From positions 448,001 through 512,000 of the forward strand of contig CAVTQK010000021.1 of assembly GCA_963736855.1 (NCBI GenBank): a stretch of DNA of 64,000 bases. The letters run 5' to 3'. Shown in pieces: positions 60,826 through 64,000 of this stretch (its first letter is position 1; the number at the start of each line of letters is the position of its first letter). The translations under genes and the position numbers were made by a program. The DNA is from an uncultured delta proteobacterium (GTDB lineage: Bacteria; Desulfobacterota; Desulfobacteria; Desulfobacterales; UBA2156). A model generated the notes under the pieces. It was not told where the DNA came from. It did no database searches and was given only the letters and a program-made list of their open reading frames with translations.

Positions 60826-61787
60826 TGGAAGGATTTTTCATGTTTAAATCAGGCATCACCCAGACGGGTTTTAAAACAATCTCCAGAAAACGGCGCACCT
60901 TAGTCAAAATATTGGGAATGGCGCCGCTGATAGTGGCCCAACCGGCCATGGCCATTGACTTTTTAAAACTTCTGGAGCCCAAGAAGGATTCAACCGGCAA
61001 GGAAGGTCCTACAGACCTTGAAAAGGCGCTTCAGATCCTTCAGGGGGCCACCGACATTATCGGAAGCAGCGTGGAATTGGACTACGAATCCGAAATGATC
61101 ATCGGGAAAAGCGTTGCCCTGGAAGGATTCAAACGATACGGGCTTCCCGTGAAAGAAGATTCCCTGCAGAACTATGTCAATCTGGTCGGACAGGCTGTCG
61201 CCCGCAATTTCAAACCCCAGGATAGAACCTATTTCTTTGTCGCCGTTCAAAGCGAAGTGTTCAACGCCTTCTCCTGTCCCGGAGGAATCATCTTCATCAC
61301 CTCCACCCTGATCCGAAATCTTCGGGATGAATCCCAGTTGGCGGGAGTCCTGGCCCATGAGGTGGCCCATGTGAATCTCAAACACGCCCTTCAATCCATC
61401 CGCAGGGCCAAGTTTTTCGAAGGAGTCGGAAAAATCACCGTGGCCACAACTAAAGTGGACAAAAAGGAACAGTACCAGAACATGATTAACGACCTTCAGA
61501 CAGTCCTGTTTGACAAGGGGCTCGATCAGAACATGGAGTACGAAGCGGACCGATACGGAATGGAGATCGCCTATCGAACCGGGTATCAGCCGGCCGGCTT
61601 TATCGGGGTCCTGGAGATGTTGAAACAAAACGAAGCCGGCGCAGTTAAAAAGGGTTCCTGGTTTTCCACCCACCCGCCTCTTTCCCAGCGGATCCAACGA
61701 TGTCAGGTAAAGTTTCAGGATTATCCGGATGCCGGTTCCATGGCAACGGTGGCCCATCGTTTCCTGGAGTATCGGAATCGATTTTAA
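60825..61787 (+). CDS. M48-family zinc metalloprotease (possibly Tat-exported)
   Basis: NAFSCPGG, LAHEVAHV (HExxH), EYEAD, STHP; RRTLVK..AMA signal. TAATG coupling to the SH3 gene. Confidence 0.88.
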   Translation: MEGFFMFKSGITQTGFKTISRKRRTLVKILGMAPLIVAQPAMAIDFLKLLEPKKDSTGKEGPTDLEKALQILQGATDIIGSSVELDYESEMIIGKSVALEGFKRYGLPVKEDSLQNYVNLVGQAVARNFKPQDRTYFFVAVQSEVFNAFSCPGGIIFITSTLIRNLRDESQLAGVLAHEVAHVNLKHALQSIRRAKFFEGVGKITVATTKVDKKEQYQNMINDLQTVLFDKGLDQNMEYEADRYGMEIAYRTGYQPAGFIGVLEMLKQNEAGAVKKGSWFSTHPPLSQRIQRCQVKFQDYPDAGSMATVAHRFLEYRNRF

Positions 61788-61807
61788 ACTCTCAGAAAAT
61801 ACCTCCG

Positions 61808-62932
61808 ATGAACGCTGATACCCGAAAGATGCTTTATCGCACCCGGATCCGGCGCCTTCAAAAGGCGATGAAAAAAGAAAACATCGATACCCTGATGGTC
61901 TCAATCCAGGAAAACCGGCGGTATATCAGCGGATTCACCGGCGAGGACACCCAGTTTGACGAATCGGCCGGCGCTCTTCTTATCACCGAGAATCGCCTGG
62001 TTCTTGCCACCGATTCCCGGTACGAAACCCAGGCCCGATCCGAAGCCCCCCTTTTCGAAGTCTTTTGTTACCGGGAGGGATTGCCAAAATCACTCCCGGA
62101 GATCCTGAAATCCTTCAAAACCGAAAGACTCGGATTTGAAAGCGTGAGGCTGTCTGTCCAGGAACTGCACAAGATCGAGGATCAGCTGAAAAAGGAAAAA
62201 ATCCGAGCGGTATTGGTCCCTGTCGCGGACCTGGTGGAAAAACAACGTGAAATCAAGTCCGCTGCAGAAATTGCGGCGATCCAAAGGGCTCTCAGGCTTG
62301 CAGAAGAGGCATTTCAGCGCACCCTTCCGATTCTCAAACCGGGAATCACTGAAAAGGAGGCGGCTTGGGGTCTGGAAAAAGAGATGCGGGAAGCCGGAGC
62401 CGAAGGCGTGTCGTTTCCCGTCATCGTAGCCTTCGGGGAAAACAGCGCCCTTCCCCATGCCGTGCCGGGAGGCCGGAGCCTCAAACCCGGCGAACCCATT
62501 CTTTTCGACTGGGGAGCCCGCCTTGACGGCTATTGCTCCGATATCTCCAGAAGCTTTTGCATCGGAAAACCGAATGCGTTTTTTAAAAAGGTGTATCAGG
62601 CGGCACGCGATGCCCAGGAAAAAGCCGTCGAGGCGATCCGACCCGGCGCAAATACCAAGGACATCGATCACATCGCCCGATCCCTCATCAACCGGCGAAA
62701 ATTCAAGGGTTGTTTCGGACACGGCCTCGGGCACGGAGTCGGCCTTGCCATCCATGAAGCCCCGAGACTCGGCCCCATCAAGGACGATACGCTGTTGCCG
62801 GGTATGGTTTTTACCGTGGAACCGGGGATCTACATCCCTGAATGGGGCGGTATCCGCCTGGAAAACATGGTCGTCGTTAAAAAGGACCATGCCCAAGTGC
62901 TCAATCGGCTGCCCACCGATATTGAATTGTAA
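61808..62932 (+). CDS. Xaa-Pro aminopeptidase (M24B)
   Basis: [55 protein letters not shown]. Confidence 0.92.
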   Translation: MNADTRKMLYRTRIRRLQKAMKKENIDTLMVSIQENRRYISGFTGEDTQFDESAGALLITENRLVLATDSRYETQARSEAPLFEVFCYREGLPKSLPEILKSFKTERLGFESVRLSVQELHKIEDQLKKEKIRAVLVPVADLVEKQREIKSAAEIAAIQRALRLAEEAFQRTLPILKPGITEKEAAWGLEKEMREAGAEGVSFPVIVAFGENSALPHAVPGGRSLKPGEPILFDWGARLDGYCSDISRSFCIGKPNAFFKKVYQAARDAQEKAVEAIRPGANTKDIDHIARSLINRRKFKGCFGHGLGHGVGLAIHEAPRLGPIKDDTLLPGMVFTVEPGIYIPEWGGIRLENMVVVKKDHAQVLNRLPTDIEL

Positions 62933-63033
62933 AGAAAACAGTGTCTGTAAGGGGTCATCTTACATATCGCCGAAACCCATACCCACTGCAGGACGATATT
63001 TTTTTCGCCGCATCCCCCTGAAGTCCTAAAAGC

Positions 63034-63490
63034 GTGGAGCGGTCTCCACCCGGCGTTTTTCCTTGGCAGCAACCTCTTCCTCCAGCAGATGATACAGAAA
63101 GGCCCGTCGCCCATGCCCCGCCTCTGATTGAGACACCAACATATGATGACCCCGTTGCACCTTCCACAGAGGATTACGTCGCCGACCCGGTTTATCCCAT
63201 GGATTCTTATTTCTGAAAAATCCGTCCGGAGTTGACCTGCCCTGCCTGTGCGATGCACCTGTCTGCGTCGCGAACGCGACAGGCAGGCGCAGACAGGCGG
63301 CCTATGCCCGAACCAGCCGGGAAAATGGCCTCTTGCAGATAATATTCGTATTGACAGCGGATTTCCCTTCAGTTAATCGAGAATTTACACGCCACGTCAA
63401 ATGTGTGTTCCCATATCTTGGGATGCAGACGATGGTAAAGCACAATTCATGCTCGTGCTTAATCCGTCCGCAAAAAAGCGACTTCTTATC
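63034..63490 (+). mobile_element. probable IS91-family remnant (transposase C-terminal tail plus oriIS-like end)
   Basis: Peptide RPVAHAPP..YDD..EDYVADPVYPMDSYF* resembles, from memory, the tail of deltaproteobacterial IS91 transposases. AAAAAAGCGACTTCTTATC (~63472-63490) resembles oriIS ends. No catalytic core is present. Confidence 0.45.
63241..63297. repeat. nested REP-like palindromes
   Basis: Outer cctgcctgtgcgatgca|cgcagacagg is interrupted by an inverted related unit cctgtctgcgtcgcgaacgcgacaggcagg (63258-63287). Confidence 0.7.
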
Positions 63491-63565
63491 ACCGGCCATC
63501 TGTGTCAAAAGTGAGGACTGACCCCTTGTCCTTTTTGGGTAGTTCTAGATTTTGGAGCAGGTAAA

Positions 63566-64000
63566 ATGCCGAACCGACATACCGTGAGCCAGGGCGAATG
63601 CATCTCGTCCATCGCCGCTCGTTACGGCTTCTTCCCGGCGACGATCTGGGATAATACGGGTAATTCCCGGCTCAAGGCCGAGAGGGGGGACCCTAACGTG
63701 CTCTACGAGGGTGATGTGGTCGTTATTCCCGATAGGCGGGTTCGCTCGGAACCTTCAGCTACTGAGCAGCGGCACCGGTTTCGCCGCAAAGGCGTCCCGG
63801 AGAGATTGCTGTTTCAAATCCTCGATGAGGAGCAACCCAGGGCCAACCAACCCTACGTCCTGGATGTCGACGGGCGATTGACCCAGGGGACCACGGATGC
63901 CGAGGGGGCGGTCGTGGAATTCATCCCACCCGACGCCCGGAAAGCTCGCCTGCTGATCGGCGAGGAACGACAGGAGTACGTGCTCGACCTTGGATGCCTC
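63566..64000 (+). CDS. LysM-domain protein, 3'-truncated by window (not in ORF track)
   Basis: GGAG RBS; MPNRHTVSQGECISSIAARYGF..IWD..N..LK..R.DPNVLYEGDVVVIP, then GTTDAEG; open to base 64000. Confidence 0.8.
   Translation, partial: MPNRHTVSQGECISSIAARYGFFPATIWDNTGNSRLKAERGDPNVLYEGDVVVIPDRRVRSEPSATEQRHRFRRKGVPERLLFQILDEEQPRANQPYVLDVDGRLTQGTTDAEGAVVEFIPPDARKARLLIGEERQEYVLDLGCL

Overview
Mostly core chromosome of an anaerobic deltaproteobacterium, Desulfobacterales-like by inference from gene content and protein style. Housekeeping content includes a heterodimeric ABC exporter, fhs, ispD, rnpB, tRNA-Ile2(CAU), tRNA-Ala(CGC), rpoD-dnaG, hisA/hisB, dtd, dacB, folE2, ttcA, rpoZ, greA, asd, pssA/psd, tsaB, lon, pilD, a frameshifted ilvA, a polar amino-acid ABC cluster and queE/queC. 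The most unusual locus is a ~15.5 kb co-oriented, largely translationally coupled envelope operon (47404-62932). It encodes an AsmA/YdbH-like bridge protein, a DUF1318/YdbL-like lipoprotein, a ~2820 aa exported TolB-propeller/TPR/pseudo-CHAT/TPR/CHAT caspase-like protease, an SH3 protein, an M48 metalloprotease and an Xaa-Pro peptidase. Other items worth checking are three copies of a 153 bp MITE-like element, a 55 aa four-Cys ORF missed by the ORF track between a YcaO-TPR gene and a tandem SagB-type oxidase, a large HPr fusion, an ArcE-like arginine synthetase candidate beside an amino-acid importer, a kinase-DUF1566/phosphatase pair and a dynamin-ParA pair. The right edge holds an IS91-like remnant with nested palindromic repeats, followed by a LysM ORF that runs off the window. 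All calls come from motif recognition by eye; no searches were run.
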